Shown here piece after piece: positions 52,005-64,000 of a stretch of 64,000 nucleotides of DNA (position 1 is the first letter of the stretch; the number at the start of each line of letters is the position of its first letter). Under the pieces are notes generated by a model. The model did no database searches. It was not told where the DNA came from and saw only the letters and a program-made list of their open reading frames with translations. The DNA is from Camelus ferus (Eukaryota). The DNA is taken from the NCBI RefSeq assembly GCF_009834535.1, contig NC_045696.1:121584001-121648000 (forward strand). The letters are read 5' to 3'. A program made the position numbers and the translations under genes.

Positions 52005-53624
52005 ACCTTGGCCATATCTGTTATGTAGCATCTGGAAAGAAAGTTGAGCAAATCTCCATTACACCAGGACAGTGGGCAGTTCTCCCACGCAGGGAGCGGT
52101 GGCCTCTTGTTCCCAATACCACATTGGTTCACAAACCACCAAGAAATAACATGCAACAGTCCAACCCTAGAAGAACCCAACAAGGCAATGACTGATTTTG
52201 GTCTCCTTAGCAGGACGCATTCCCAGGAGAGCTGGGGACAAGAGAGTTCAGGGGATGAAGTCGGCTCCTGAAACAGAACTGACCCCACGCTTCACGCTGT
52301 GATGGACTCCCCTCCCTGGAGCCCGCTGGGGGAGGGATGGAGTCCAGCCCTGCGGGCATGTGGTTATAGATTCTCCTTCCCCAAGCACTCTGAAACGCGC
52401 CCTGACAGCCAATAATCAGAGGGCTGCCTTCCTCTTGATGGCCTCACACACAGAGATGCACACAGCTTTATAGATCTCGCACAGTTAGATGCGATCTGAC
52501 CCCACAGTCCAGATGACTGGACCTGAAAGGAAGATTAGCATCTCAAGCATTTCAGCACCCTCCTCCACTTGGAATCGCTAAATAGTTCCCTTTCATTTCT
52601 TTGTTCTCTCCTTTTGGCTGTCTTAAATAGCATTCTCTTTAAAAAAAAAAAAAAAAAAAAGAAAGAAAATTCTGCCTAGATGGTCCTCCAGCTCCAGGGC
52701 CATGTCCCACTGGTGTTCTGTACCAGGAGCCTTACTCAGCCCCATCACAGAGCACAGGTGTTGTCCACACAAGAATGATAGGAAGCGAGGGCAAGGGTGG
52801 AGGCAAGGCTGGGCCGGGGGTCCGTGCTGCGTTGCCCTGTGATGCTTGGCCACAGGAGATGGTTGCAAGGAAATGTGTCTCATTCCCCAAGCAGGAGGCT
52901 TTTCCTGTATATCACGTCTTCTCTGTACCTGGCCAAGGATGATTAATTACAAAGATGGGGGGTTGAGGTAAGAGGAGAAAGAAAAGAAACCGCAACTAGA
53001 CTCTTCTGCTAGACACGCAGGCAGACCCCCCTCCCGTCCCCCCCACCACCCAGCAGCCCAGACACTCCTTTGGGGACGTTATGCAAAAAGGCACCCCTTG
53101 CTCAAAACACTTTACTGCCATCTGCTGGAATGTTGTCAAAATAATCTTCACATCTTGGGCGACTGCGAAGGAATCTTGCCCCCTGGAGATGTGCCCTGTC
53201 ACTGCACAACCCAAGCAACAAAACTGAGGTCGATTTAAGAGGAAATCTAGTCTGGTAGTAGAACAGGAAGTCCTGAGACTGTGCAACATGGCTCTACCAG
53301 GACACCACAGCACAAAAATCAAGGGCAGGCATAATCCAAGATGTGGGAGGTGGACTCTGGAAGTCGGGGTGGGGGGGTACCCCTGCCTCTGGTCCTACAG
53401 AGGGCAACAGAGGCAGAGGGGCCCCGACAAGCTCAAGGCAAGTCCCAGCACCAACCAGACTGAGGGGACAGGGCTGAGGCCAGCCCAGAGGGTCAGACAC
53501 AGGTCTTCAGAAGGTGACTCTGAGTCGCAAAGACTGAGGGAGAAGTTGAACCTGCAAGCAGAACCAGCTGGCCTCAGTTGTAAAGACAGAAGGGCTGCGA
53601 AGTCTGGGGCACGGTTCAGCAGTC

Positions 53625-54030
53625 CTTCAACAAACACTCACTGAGCACCTGCTATGTGCTAAGCTTTATGCTGTGTGAAGAGGATATGGACATGACCAGC
53701 TTGTGATCCTTACCTTCAGGGAACTCTTATTCTGATAAAAGCTCCAAAAACAACTTCTGGAGTGAATTTAATAATTAATTTTTAAAAAGCAATAAATACT
53801 TAATGAGTGCCTATGAGACGCCTTGCCCTGTACTAAGCACAGGACATGAACCAGAAACAGTCCTTGTCCGTCAGGAGACTGCACACAAGTAAACAAGTAA
53901 TTGCAATACAGGATGCAAGCACTGCCGAGAAGTCAGTGCAGAGAGCTGCAGGAGTACAGCGCGGGGCACTTACCGCAGTCCTGGGGGAACCCAGGAAGGC
54001 TTCTGGGAAGAAGCAATAACTAAGGGGAGG
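53625..54030 (-). mobile_element. L2 fragments
   Basis: TTCAACAAACACTCACTGAGCACCTGCTATGTGC L2 tail motif. Confidence 0.65.
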
Positions 54031-54094
54031 CCTGCGTAGAACAGAGTCCCCGCCCTGCAGAGCTTTAGAGCACAGGCCCAAGCCACCCAACAGG

Positions 54095-54557
54095 GCAGAG
54101 TCACATATGGCTTCTGAGCACTTGAAATGTGGCCAGTGCAACATGTTAATTTTTTTTAATTTATTGGAGTAGAGTCAATTTACAATGTTGTGTCAGTTTC
54201 TGGTGTACAGCGTCATGTTTCAGTCATCCATATATATACGTATATTCTTTTTCATTGTAGGTTACTACAAGATATTGAATAAGGTCCCTGTGCTGTACAG
54301 AAGAAACTTGTTTTTTTTTTTTTCTATTTTATACACAATACATTAATTTTAACTAATTTACATTTTTAAACTGAAGCAAGGCAAACGATTTTTTTCTGGT
54401 CAACACAACTGATTGTTTTGGTGGGATTACATTTTACTCTGACTTTGGCATTTCATAAGATATTACTGTTGTATTATAATGTGCACGTGCTTTCTTCTGT
54501 TAGGAAATGTTAAATTACGCATGGGGCTCTCAGTGTATTTCTATCAGATAGGACTGG
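54095..54557. mobile_element. MER33/Charlie1-like hAT relic with an L1 3' fragment (about 54154-54335, minus strand) inserted
   Basis: TGAGCACTTGAAATGTGGCCAGTGC; L1 tail flanked by CAACATGTTAATTTT / CAATACATTAATTTT. Confidence 0.7.
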
Positions 54558-56791
54558 CCTGGATGAAAGAGATAGTCATACAGTCCAAAAAGGAAAGCAA
54601 AGTGCTCATTATAATTGTTGGGACAGATTCACTTTCTACCTGCTGTTGCCTATAAATATTAAGACAAAAATGCTAAGAAGATCCGAGATGGCAGAGAAAA
54701 GAGTACAGATTAAATGCAAATTCATGCAAGCTGAATTTATGAAGAAATGGGGGGAAATCCATGTATTTTAGAGGAGCCCCTCTTCATCTGGGCAGAGACA
54801 GGTATCTACATGGGGCTAGAGTCCCTGACGGCTACACGGTGGAAATGCAGCGCTCACTGTATTACATCAGTCGTGGGCATTAGTCTACAAGTAACGGGCA
54901 ATCTCACATTTGTTTGAAGTTTAAAGGTATTTATGGCTGGCTTCACAAGTCCAGACCTGGGGACGCTATGGTGGGTTCAGAAGCTCAAATGTGTCCTCAG
55001 ACATCCTGTGAGCTGTCCTTTCTCTCCATCATCCAAAGATTCGGTTCTTTAACCTGAGGCTTGTCCCCTCAAGGTCCCAAGGCAAGAAGTGTTGGAGACG
55101 GGAGCAGCCTAGTTAAAAACCCTTTCCTTTAAGCTTACGGACACTCACAATTCTACCCCTAGCTTCTCGGGAGTCAGAGAAAGGAATTATCTGGCAAAGA
55201 AAAGCCAGAAAGCCGTGGTACACTGACACTGATCACACGGGTTCTGTCGAGACTGGATGTATTCCTGCCGGAAATTAAATTCTGTGAGCAGGGACCAGGG
55301 GAAAGACACTGAGACTGTCCACCACGTGTACCAACACTGATGCTTGTCTCATGATATTCAAGTACCCCATCATCTAGTTCTGAGCAGGTAACCTTCTGAA
55401 AGATACTCCTTTAATTGAAAACACCGGAAATTTGTGCAAGCATATATGAAGGAAGAGAGCAATGAAAGCTCCAGGCAAAATAAAGCCATAGGAACCCAGT
55501 GGCAACCTGCCTACAATTCCCTTCTTCTCATTTAGGAAAAGTAGTGTCATCTCAGACTGTTATCTTCACTGAGAAGGACCAGTGTGGGAGCCACAATGAC
55601 TGGGAAATTGCGTTGGCTGAGAAAATAAATTGTTTTCAGCACAGCCATAAAGAGATGAGAAAACTGTCAAGTGTCCAGCCTTCTTGAGCCAAGAACAAGT
55701 CATTTTTCAAATTTCTCCAAGTCATAAGGGCTGTAAATTGCACCCTGTACACAGTAATTGCTAACACACATTTTATAGAAAAATGTGCTAGCTGGAACCA
55801 TAAACTGAAGACGGAAGATTGGGAAGGAACCATAAATACTGATCATCTCGGCCACGGAAGATAAGGGCTCTCCTTCGGACAATCACACGGAAATTAAGTT
55901 GTGCCTTCATGGAACGCCTCGCCAGCAAGGGAGGGCAACCAGCGCGTCCCCTGCAGGGATGCGTCCGTCCAGGGAACGGAACAGCATATCCATGAATCAA
56001 ATGGAACTGAATTGGGATTAACTGTGAGAAGTCCCCGTGGGCCTTTCACATCAAAATTAAGTTATTAAGTAGAAAGTTTCTACTCAGTTTGGGACACGGA
56101 GGCAGCTCCTGGAAATACAGAGGTAAAGAGTATCAGGCCCTGCCCTCAGTCCGTTCATGGGCTAGCAGAGGGACAGATGGGGAAATTAATGAAAGGCGTT
56201 CCTTAGAACAACAGCTCTTTTCCTAATGAAGAAGTGGGGTTCCAGGAATATCTCACAGATGCTTCACCCGAGTTCTAAAGATCAGGAGACACTTTCTGGG
56301 CAGGTGGGGGGGGGGGCGGGAGGAGGGAAGCTAGTGGAAATTCCTGAAAGAGAACACAAAGGCAGCAGCGTGAGAAGCAGAGCAGGCAGACCGTTCCCCA
56401 CGCATGGAACGGAGCAGGTTAAATGGCTTTGGAGGAACAGCAAGGAAAAGGCTGGGGAGACACGGAGCACTCGTCCTCAAGTCAGCGGGGCAGCCAGCAG
56501 ACAGTGTAGGGGTTGACAAGGCCTAGTCTGCCCAGCCCCTCCGCTACCCGTTTGGGGGTTTTGAATAAGACATTTCTGTTTTCTGAGGCTCGTTCTCCTC
56601 TCCATCTGTAAAATGGGGACAATCAGTGCCTCCCAGGGTTCACGGGCGGATGAAACGTCATGATGACAGCAGAGCTCGGCGAGCTGCAAAGCGGCATACC
56701 AGCCCGGGTCTTCCCATTGTGCCCGCGCTATTGTCACTCTGGATGTGAAAGCAGGGCCACCTGTGTTCACATGCCATCCAGAAAAAAGTTT

Positions 56792-56937
56792 TGTTTAATT
56801 TTTTTTTATTTTGTGACGAGAGGTAATTAGGTTTATTTATTTGTTTATTTTTATTTTTTAATGGAGGCACTGGGGATCGAACCCAGGACCTCGTGCTTGC
56901 TAAGCACATGCTCTGCCCCTGAGCTGTGCCCTCCTCC
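56792..56937 (-). mobile_element. Vic-1-like SINE
   Basis: GGTAATTAGGTTTATT tail motif and full head; TSD CCAGAAAAAA on both sides. Confidence 0.92.
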
Positions 56938-57256
56938 CCAGAAAAAATTTTAATGGTGCTACTGTTTCCCAGTGAGTTACCAGAGGCCAAAAAGGCAGTA
57001 AACTAGCTTGAGTGGTGAAAACTAGCTGAGAGCCAGAACATCGCCACTTAATGTAACTGCTCAGCGGCTCTCCTGGCCAAGAGATGCTAAGAGCAGGGAG
57101 GCGTGGGTGGGCGTGAGCGGGCTGTGCTTTTTACGGGGTGGGTCAGTGGAGCTCAATGGTGATCGTACAGCGACCTTTGAGAAGCGATTTCGTTTCCACT
57201 GGACACCTGTGCGCTGCTGGGGTGCCCTAGTCCTGTCCCCAGAACAAGGCAGCCTT

Positions 57257-57366
57257 GTTATTGGCAGCGATGGTGAAAAAGACTGGCTACTTCAATGACA
57301 TAGCGTTACTGGCGACCACCATCCTAACTGCGCCTGGTTACCATGGAACCCGGTTACCGTGGCGAC
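57257..57366. promoter_or_regulatory. Cluster of RFX X-box-like motifs in a CpG-enriched patch
   Basis: GTTACTGGCGAC 57305-57316, GTTACCATGGAAC 57337-57349, GTTACCGTGGCGAC 57353-57366, compared with consensus GTTRCCATGGYAAC. Confidence 0.65.
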
Positions 57367-58369
57367 AGTATACAAACCCTTCAGAAGGGCCTTTCTAAGG
57401 CACCCTGCTGGGGAACAAGGTGGAGACCAACACCAGGGCTGGCTCGGATGAGTGAATCTGAGCTCGGGCCTCAGTGTGTCATGAAATACTATTCCTAAAT
57501 TGAAGACTGAGAAGTGCCCTCCCTTTGTTAAGCTTCACTTACCCTTTACAGTCTGCTCTGTTCCAGCAGAGCTAATGGCTTAAGAAATTTTTCTACAAAT
57601 ATTATCCATTTTTATTAAATGATGATGAGGTGGAGAAGGAGGCAGAGGAAGATGGACTGACGGGTGGAAATTTCTGGGAGCAAATTCTAAGCTTTCCCCT
57701 GGACAAACGCCACCCCGCAGTGGAGGAGGGGTTCTGCTCCCGTCCCAGGTCCCCTGTCTGAACTGCACAGGCTCTGGACGGCGCCTCAAGCCAATGGTCT
57801 TTCATTTGAGAGCGAGGCTGCACCCTTTCCTTCCTTGCGAGCTGGGATGTGTGAGGCTGAGGGAGCAACCAAAGAGGCAGCAACACTTGAGAAAGAACGG
57901 ATTCAAAATCCCAGAGGACTATGCACATGTGTCACCAAAACAACTGGAGCTGGATGAGGAGGAGGGACCCGCGAAGGAGGCCAACAGTGGGGCCAGTGGG
58001 GAAGAGGGAGGGGGGCAGGATCTGGAGCAACTCCTACCATCCAGGTCACTGCTGGGAGGGAGGGTGCCCCTGGCTGGGCACGGGGATTGCTGGAGATGCC
58101 CTCTCCTTCTTGAGGCACTAGGTTCTCAGTCACTAAACACGTTCCTGCATAGGCAGGATGCCCTCACCAGGAAACCTGAGGATGGGGGCGGTCACTGGCA
58201 GAGAACTTGGCCTGCATCCCTTCCAGCTCTAACAAATGTACAGCCTACAGACGATAAGGTCCCACTCAATCACTCCCTGCAGAGCCATCACCTCGGCTCC
58301 ACTGTCTCCCACACATTCAGTCAATGCACATTTATTGAGCACCTGCTGTATAGCAGACACTGTGCTCCT

Positions 58370-58825
58370 GTCCAACCACGCTGCCAGACAGACGGACAAT
58401 GGGGGCCACATGTATCATGTTACATTTTCTAGCAGCCGCAGTCACAGAAGCAAAAAATCAAGGGTGAACCTAATGTTAGTGATATATTTCATGAAACCAA
58501 CCATAGCCAAAAGATGATCATTTCAACATCATCGATACCTTAAAAATTATTAATGAGATATCGCATGTTCTGCTTTTCATACCAAGTCTTGGTGGGGGAA
58601 GGGCATAGCTCAGTGGTAAAGTGGATGCTTAGCATGTGCAAAGTCCTGGGCCCAATCTCCAGTACCTCCACTAAAAAAAATAATAAAAATAAAAATAAAT
58701 TTTAAAAAACATTAAGTCTTGAAAATCTGGTGTGTATTTTACTCTTACAGCACATCTCAGTTCAAACTAACATGTTTCAAGCACTCAGTAAACACACATC
58801 CCCAGGGCTTCTGCGACAGTGCAGG
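58370..58825. mobile_element. MER33-like hAT relic with a Vic-1-like SINE (about 58592-58708, plus strand) inserted
   Basis: AAGTCTTGAAAATCTGGTGTGTATTTTACTCTTACAGCACATCTCAGTTC; SINE head with AAGTCTTG on both flanks. Confidence 0.8.
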
Positions 58826-59294
58826 TGTAGCAGAGAAAACAGCGATTTTAGAAAATAATGCTGATATCAACTGACAGAGGAGAGAAGCCCTGTCTTGGAA
58901 GGCTAGCAAGGGGGTGCTGGTAACTGCTTAATAGCTGATGTGGGAGGGGTGGACTGTTTGTAAGATTTGCTGATTTCCATGGTGCTTTAATTGAAATGTT
59001 AGGCCAGACGGAAATGGTACCTTCTTCTGGGACCATGGAATTGTTCCTCAAGTGCTAATGAAATAAACTTTCCTCTCCTTTCCACAAAAGGAGGTCAGAG
59101 TCATCAGATGGGATGTGCGCCGGTCCATGGTCAGGTGACCTGGATTCTGATCCTAGAAATTCAGCTACTTCAGGGAAGTTCTAGCACGTGCTCAGCTGTG
59201 AAGTGGGGGCGGCGGCCATTGCTCTGACACAGCCATGGGAGACAAACCCATTCCCGAGACGTCTGGTAAAATGTCCTGAGCAGACAGCCACATG

Positions 59295-59470
59295 GTTCTT
59301 CTGCATAGCACAGGGAACTATGTTCAATATCTTATAATAGCATATAATGGAAAAGAATATGAAAAAGAATATATGTAAGTATATGTATGACTGAAACATG
59401 CAATTTCTGATGCTGTACACCAGAAATTGACACAACATAGTAAACTGACTGTATACTTCAATTTTAAAAA
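59295..59470 (+). mobile_element. Short L1 3' terminus
   Basis: ATAGCACAGGGAACTATGTTCAATATCTT..CTGTACACCAGAAATTGACACAACAT. Confidence 0.88.
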
Positions 59471-60984
59471 GTGGGGGAAAGAAAGTACCTCCCAGGGAAA
59501 AGGGGCAGCAGTTAGCTAACCTGTCCCACCTCAGCTAGCCATGCCCCCTTCCCACCCTTTGCACGAGGAAAAGAGATTTCTTGCTATAAATATTAATATT
59601 CTTGTCATGGAATGTTAATTTCAGGCTGAAATTTTACAGTTTGAGGCAGGCCTGAGGAATCTCATTTTCTGTTTATCTTAGACTTCACAAAAATATTAAA
59701 ACTCTCCCCTGTTACTCTGGGCCAGAATAATCTTTGTTTTCTTTTATGTTATTTCAAGATGCCATGATGACTACAGGGTGGTCTTGGCCCTCTAGTGTTC
59801 ACTATGGGCCACATTCCCTATTAAACACCTTATGTATACCAATTTGTGCTCACAACCAGCTCACAAAAAATTCTTTTTATCCTTATTTTTACAGATGAAT
59901 AAATCCAGTCTCACAGAGCGGAAGCACCTTGCCCAGGTCACGGAGCTAACTGAATTGGCGCAGATAGGATTCAAACCCAGACGGGACTCCAGACCCTGCA
60001 CTAGGGTGTGTTCGGTGTAACGTCAGCCCAGGGGGCGTCTGGGGGGCCTCCTGTAGGGATTGTAAGGATCTTCTGGAAATAGGAAGTACTTCTTTGTAAG
60101 ACGCTTCCTTTGTTAAAGAAAACAGGTCAGCTGGATTTTCAAAATTAATTGCCAGTTGGACTTCGTTAGTGATAGTGGGAGCCCAAGAATGGTCCCAGGC
60201 TGCTTCTGCCTTGGGATGTGGGCCGCAGGGACGTTGGAAGTTTCTAGGACCCAGTGGGGAGGGGCCAGGGCGAGGGGCAGTGTGGTCCCAGGGCAGGGCT
60301 CCGTCTCTGAGGGGGTGCAGGTGCTCATGAGGTGGGCAAGTCACCCCCAATTATTCCCTCACCTCCGCAGACTCAAATCTGAATCACGGGGTAGGGGGCT
60401 GCAGTAAACAAGGGAGGGAGTGCAGGTTTTTCTGTCCGTGATCTTCTTGGGCCATCAAGAGGACATTAGTAGCAGCAGGTTCTGTGATGACAGGACACAC
60501 GGGGTTAGCACCAGGGGCTTTGAGACGGGGACTGGCACCCCTGAGGCAGCAACGCCCCATTGGGATGGTGGGGCAGGGCTTGAAGGAAAGCGCCACAGCA
60601 GATCAGAGAGGAAAAGCCTAAAGGCAGTTGGGGGGGGGGGGGGGGACAGCAAGAGCGCGTGTGAGACCTGCACCAGGGATTTCAAGAACACTTTGGAGGA
60701 AACCAAGATCCCACCAGGCAGGAGGGGGCAGAGGTGAGGGAGAGAACACAGTGTTTGGGGATTATTTTTATAAAATATTCTTAGCCCCTGGCTGACTCTC
60801 CCTGGAGTAATTAAGGCATATTAAAAACAATGGGAACCTCATTCTCTTTAAGCAGCTCTCAAGTTCAAAAATAGTCCTCTCCCTCAATTCTAACAAGATA
60901 ATGAGAAAGAAAATGTGAGGAATCGTTAGTGTGAACTGTCTCCAAATGCACATCCTAGAATGACTATCAACATATGATAAATCT

Positions 60985-61757
60985 GGAGGGGCTTCAAGAC
61001 AGAGCAGCAGAAGGACACAGAGCTCACCCCCTCCCATAAAAACATCAAAACTACACCTACATGTGAAACCCTTCTCACAGAACACCTGCTGGACTCTGGC
61101 AGAAGATCTCATAACACTCGGAACTACAAGGAAAATCACAAAACAGGATAAACAAGGCCCTACCGTAGTGCATAGGGAACTATACTCAGTTCTTGTAATA
61201 ACCTACAATGAAAAAGACTGAAAAGGAATATATATACATATATGTGTATAACTGAATCACTATGCTGTATACTAGAAATTAACACAACATTGTAAACCGG
61301 CTATAATTCAATAAAAAAAAAATAGAATGATTGTCATTCTAAGTAAACTGAGCCAGAAAGAGGAAGAAAAATACCATATGATATCACTTATATGTGGAAT
61401 CTTAAAAAAAAAAAAAAGGACACTATGAACTCATCTACAAAACAGAAACAGACTCGCATACATAATAAACAGTCTTATGGTTACAGGGGAAAGGGGGTGG
61501 GAAGGGATACATTTGCGAGTTTGAGATTTGCAAAGGTTAACCACTATATATAAAAATAGATAAAAAAACAGATTTCTTCCGTATAGCACAGGGAACTATA
61601 TTCAATATCTTGTAATAACCTTTAATGAAAAAGAACATAAAAACGAATGTATGTATGTCTATGCATGACTGGGACATTGTGCTGTACACCAGAGAGTGAC
61701 ACATTGTAACTGATAAATAAATAAACAAACAAACAAACAATAAAAAATTTTAAAAAA
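60985..61757 (+). mobile_element. Composite L1 insertion: 5' end fused to 3' end (60985-61322) plus a second L1 3' fragment (about 61328-61757)
   Basis: TSD AACATATGATAAATCT 60969-60984 / AACATATGCTAAATCT 61758-61773. Confidence 0.85.
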
Positions 61758-62809
61758 AACATATGCTAAATCTATGCTTATATAGACATAAGTTTTTCTT
61801 GTCATTAAAAGCCATTAATTCCACAGCAGGTCTAAGGTCAGGTTCCACTAAAGGGACTGTGTTGTTTAACCCTGCTAAGCATTTCATAACCTTTTGTAGC
61901 TATCAGTTAGTCAAAATACTTTGATGTGTGTCTATTATTTTTTCTCACATTTCTTTGAAAATCATGATTACAGCTATTACCAGGAACTTGTCCTCTTGTG
62001 TTTATTTCATGCCTTGCCGATTACCAAGATTACCAAGACCCCACAGGGTTATTTTCTGTCTTGATTTCCTATAAACTCTGTGAGGTTGCAGGGCAGCATG
62101 AGTTAGCAGTAGTGGTGAATTATCATTTACTGAGTCTCCATTCACAGTCAGGCACCATAAAAGCGACGAACAACAATAGTTAACATTTGCTGGGTTTTTT
62201 ACATCCCAGACATTGTTACAAGTGCTTCCTATGAATGAATTTATTCCAAGAAGCTTCTGCTCTAGCTCGTAAAGCCAGATGTAGCCACTGAGGTGTCCTG
62301 CTGACTGGGGTCAGGGACCTCTTAAAGATGGGCCGTTTTCCTGTAAAGGCTAAACCTAGCCATGTGTTTGCACATCCTGTGGCACCCCATCCCCTGACCT
62401 GGTGGTAGCAGACAGAGCCTGACTGGAAGCCGACCTGGAACCAGTTGTTGCAGATTCTCAGAGGTCCGTACAGCTGTTGGTTGGCTTCAGCACAACCAGA
62501 GGCCCGATGGAGTCAGGTCTAGACTTTGTGTCTCCTGTGTGACTAAATCGTCTCTTAACCCAGGGGAGTGACACAGAGAGACAGCATCTCAACTGAACCA
62601 GGTCTGTCCTCGGAGCCCCAAACTAAGAGATGGGAATAGGTCCAGGACTGGGGGCTTCATCTCATTAGGTTTCTCCCAAGGGGCAGTCCACATGTAAGGA
62701 CTCCAAGGCCAAACCGAAAGGGTAAGTTAGCAAGCCAGGAGGCAAGGGCTGCGTTATAAACCGGGGACTGAAGTGTGGGGCTGGGCACTGAAAAAGCAGA
62801 CTGTATTAG

Positions 62810-64000
62810 TCATGTTCCTTCCTCTTCTATTTCCTGGAAGAGTTTGCGAAAAATTAGTACTCCTTATTCTGTAAATGAAGAATTCACCAGAGAAGCCACG
62901 TGGGCCTGAGATTTTCATTGTGAGTATTTTTTTTTAATTACTAATTCAGTCCCTTTACTTATTGCCCAGGTCAGACATGCTGCTTCTTGATTTCATTTTG
63001 GTAATTTGTGTCTTTCTAGAGATGTGTGCATTTTACCTACGTTATCTAACTTACAGGCATACAACTGCTCATAGTATTTCTTTAACATCCTTTCTTAAAA
63101 TTTCTGTCAGGTTAGTGTTAAAGGCTGAATGTTGTGTTCCCCCAAAATTTATCTGTTGAAATCCAGCCCTCAGTGTGGTGCTGTTTGGAAGTAAAACTTT
63201 GGTAATTAGGTAAGGAGGGTGGCGCCCTCATGAATGGGATTAGCACCCTTTAGAAAGGCCAAACAGCGAGCACTCTTTTTCTGCCATGGGAGGGTGCAAG
63301 AAGCCAGCGGTCTGCTCTCACCAGAACCTGGCCATGCTGGCCACTGACCTCAGACTTCCCAGCTTCTAGAACTGTGAGAAGGAAATTCTGATTTCTGATA
63401 AGCCACCCAGGGTGTGGTCTTTTGTTATTAAGCAGCCTGAGCTGACTAAGATAGCAATAATGTCTCCTCTTTCATTTCTGATATTAGTAATTTGAGTTTT
63501 CTCTTTTTATTCTTGGATAATCTAGCTAAAGTTTGGTCAATTTTGTTGATCTTTTTAAAAAGATAACTTTTGGTTTCGTTGACTTTTCTCTACTGTTTTT
63601 CACTTTTTCGTGTCATTAATTTCCACTCTAGTCATTATTATTCCCTTTCTTCTGCTTATTTTAGGTTTAGTTTGCTCTTTGTTTTTCCAATGCCTTCAAC
63701 TGAGAGATTTCAGATCTTTATTCTTTTCTAATACAGGCATTTTACAGCTAAAAATTTCCCTCTAAGCACTACTTTAGCTGCATCTCACAATTTTTGTATG
63801 TTATGTCTTCATTTTCATTCACCTCAAACTATTTTTAAATTTCCCCTGTGATTTCTTCTTAACTTACTGGGTATTTAGATGTGCTGCTCAATTTCCACAT
63901 GTTTGTGAGTTTTCCAAACTTCTTTTTGTTATTGATTTCTAATTTAATTCCTCTGTGATCAAGAACATATTTTGTACAAAATTAATTTTAAAACAAATAT
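62810..64000 (-). mobile_element. Old L1 ORF2 fragment on the minus strand, interrupted by a MaLR LTR
   Basis: TCTAGCTAAAGTTTGGTCAATTTTGTTGATCTTTT, TTTCCCTCTAAGCACTACTTTAGCTGCATC. Confidence 0.88.
63116..63453 (+). mobile_element. MLT1A-like MaLR LTR
   Basis: GGCTGAATGTTGTGTTCCCCCAAAATT..GCCCTCATGAATGGGATTAG..CTAGAACTGTGAGAA..GACTAAGATA. Confidence 0.85.

Larger units (their letters stand above)
57567..62721 (+). pseudogene. Candidate decayed multi-exon gene or lncRNA (putative exons 57567-58044, 60371-60733, about 62349-62721)
   Basis: Pyrimidine-tract AG acceptors; GTCACT, GTGAGG and GTAAGT donors; apparently non-repeat segments with broken reading frames; upstream X-boxes. Confidence 0.3.

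Noticed and set aside
57794..58432. Longest ORF (212 aa) as an intact single-exon gene
   Set aside because: Its 3' part runs into L2 and MER33-like repeats and I recognise no domain; only the 5' part is kept as a candidate exon
1..64000. CRISPR arrays, operons or prokaryotic defence systems
   Set aside because: The sequence is mammalian, with no repeat-spacer arrays or long dense ORFs

Overview
Repeat-rich mammalian DNA with no recognisable intact protein-coding gene, RNA gene or CRISPR array. Ten copies of a tRNA-derived SINE resembling the camelid Vic-1 family, plus artiodactyl-type L1 3' ends, suggest a camelid genome (inference). Other repeats are old and young L1 fragments, L2/MIR, MaLR/ERVL LTRs and DNA-transposon relics (Tigger1, MER2, MER20, MER45, MER33, MER53). 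There are at least 11 ERV-type solo LTRs, seven of them within 41.3-50.7 kb. The supplied ORFs are L1 remnants, microsatellite artefacts or apparent chance ORFs. Main observations: (1) a cluster of RFX X-box motifs at about 57.3 kb followed by three splice-site-bounded, coding-like but frame-disrupted segments, a candidate decayed gene or lncRNA; (2) an L1 5' end fused to its 3' end at what looks like a splice junction, inside a TSD; (3) a three-layer nested chimeric retrocopy with a perfect 19-bp TSD; (4) a Tigger1 DNA-transposon fragment apparently moved by L1 retrotransposition; (5) local templated duplications. Repeat family names come from recalled consensus sequences, not a database search. 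Boundaries without a TSD are approximate.
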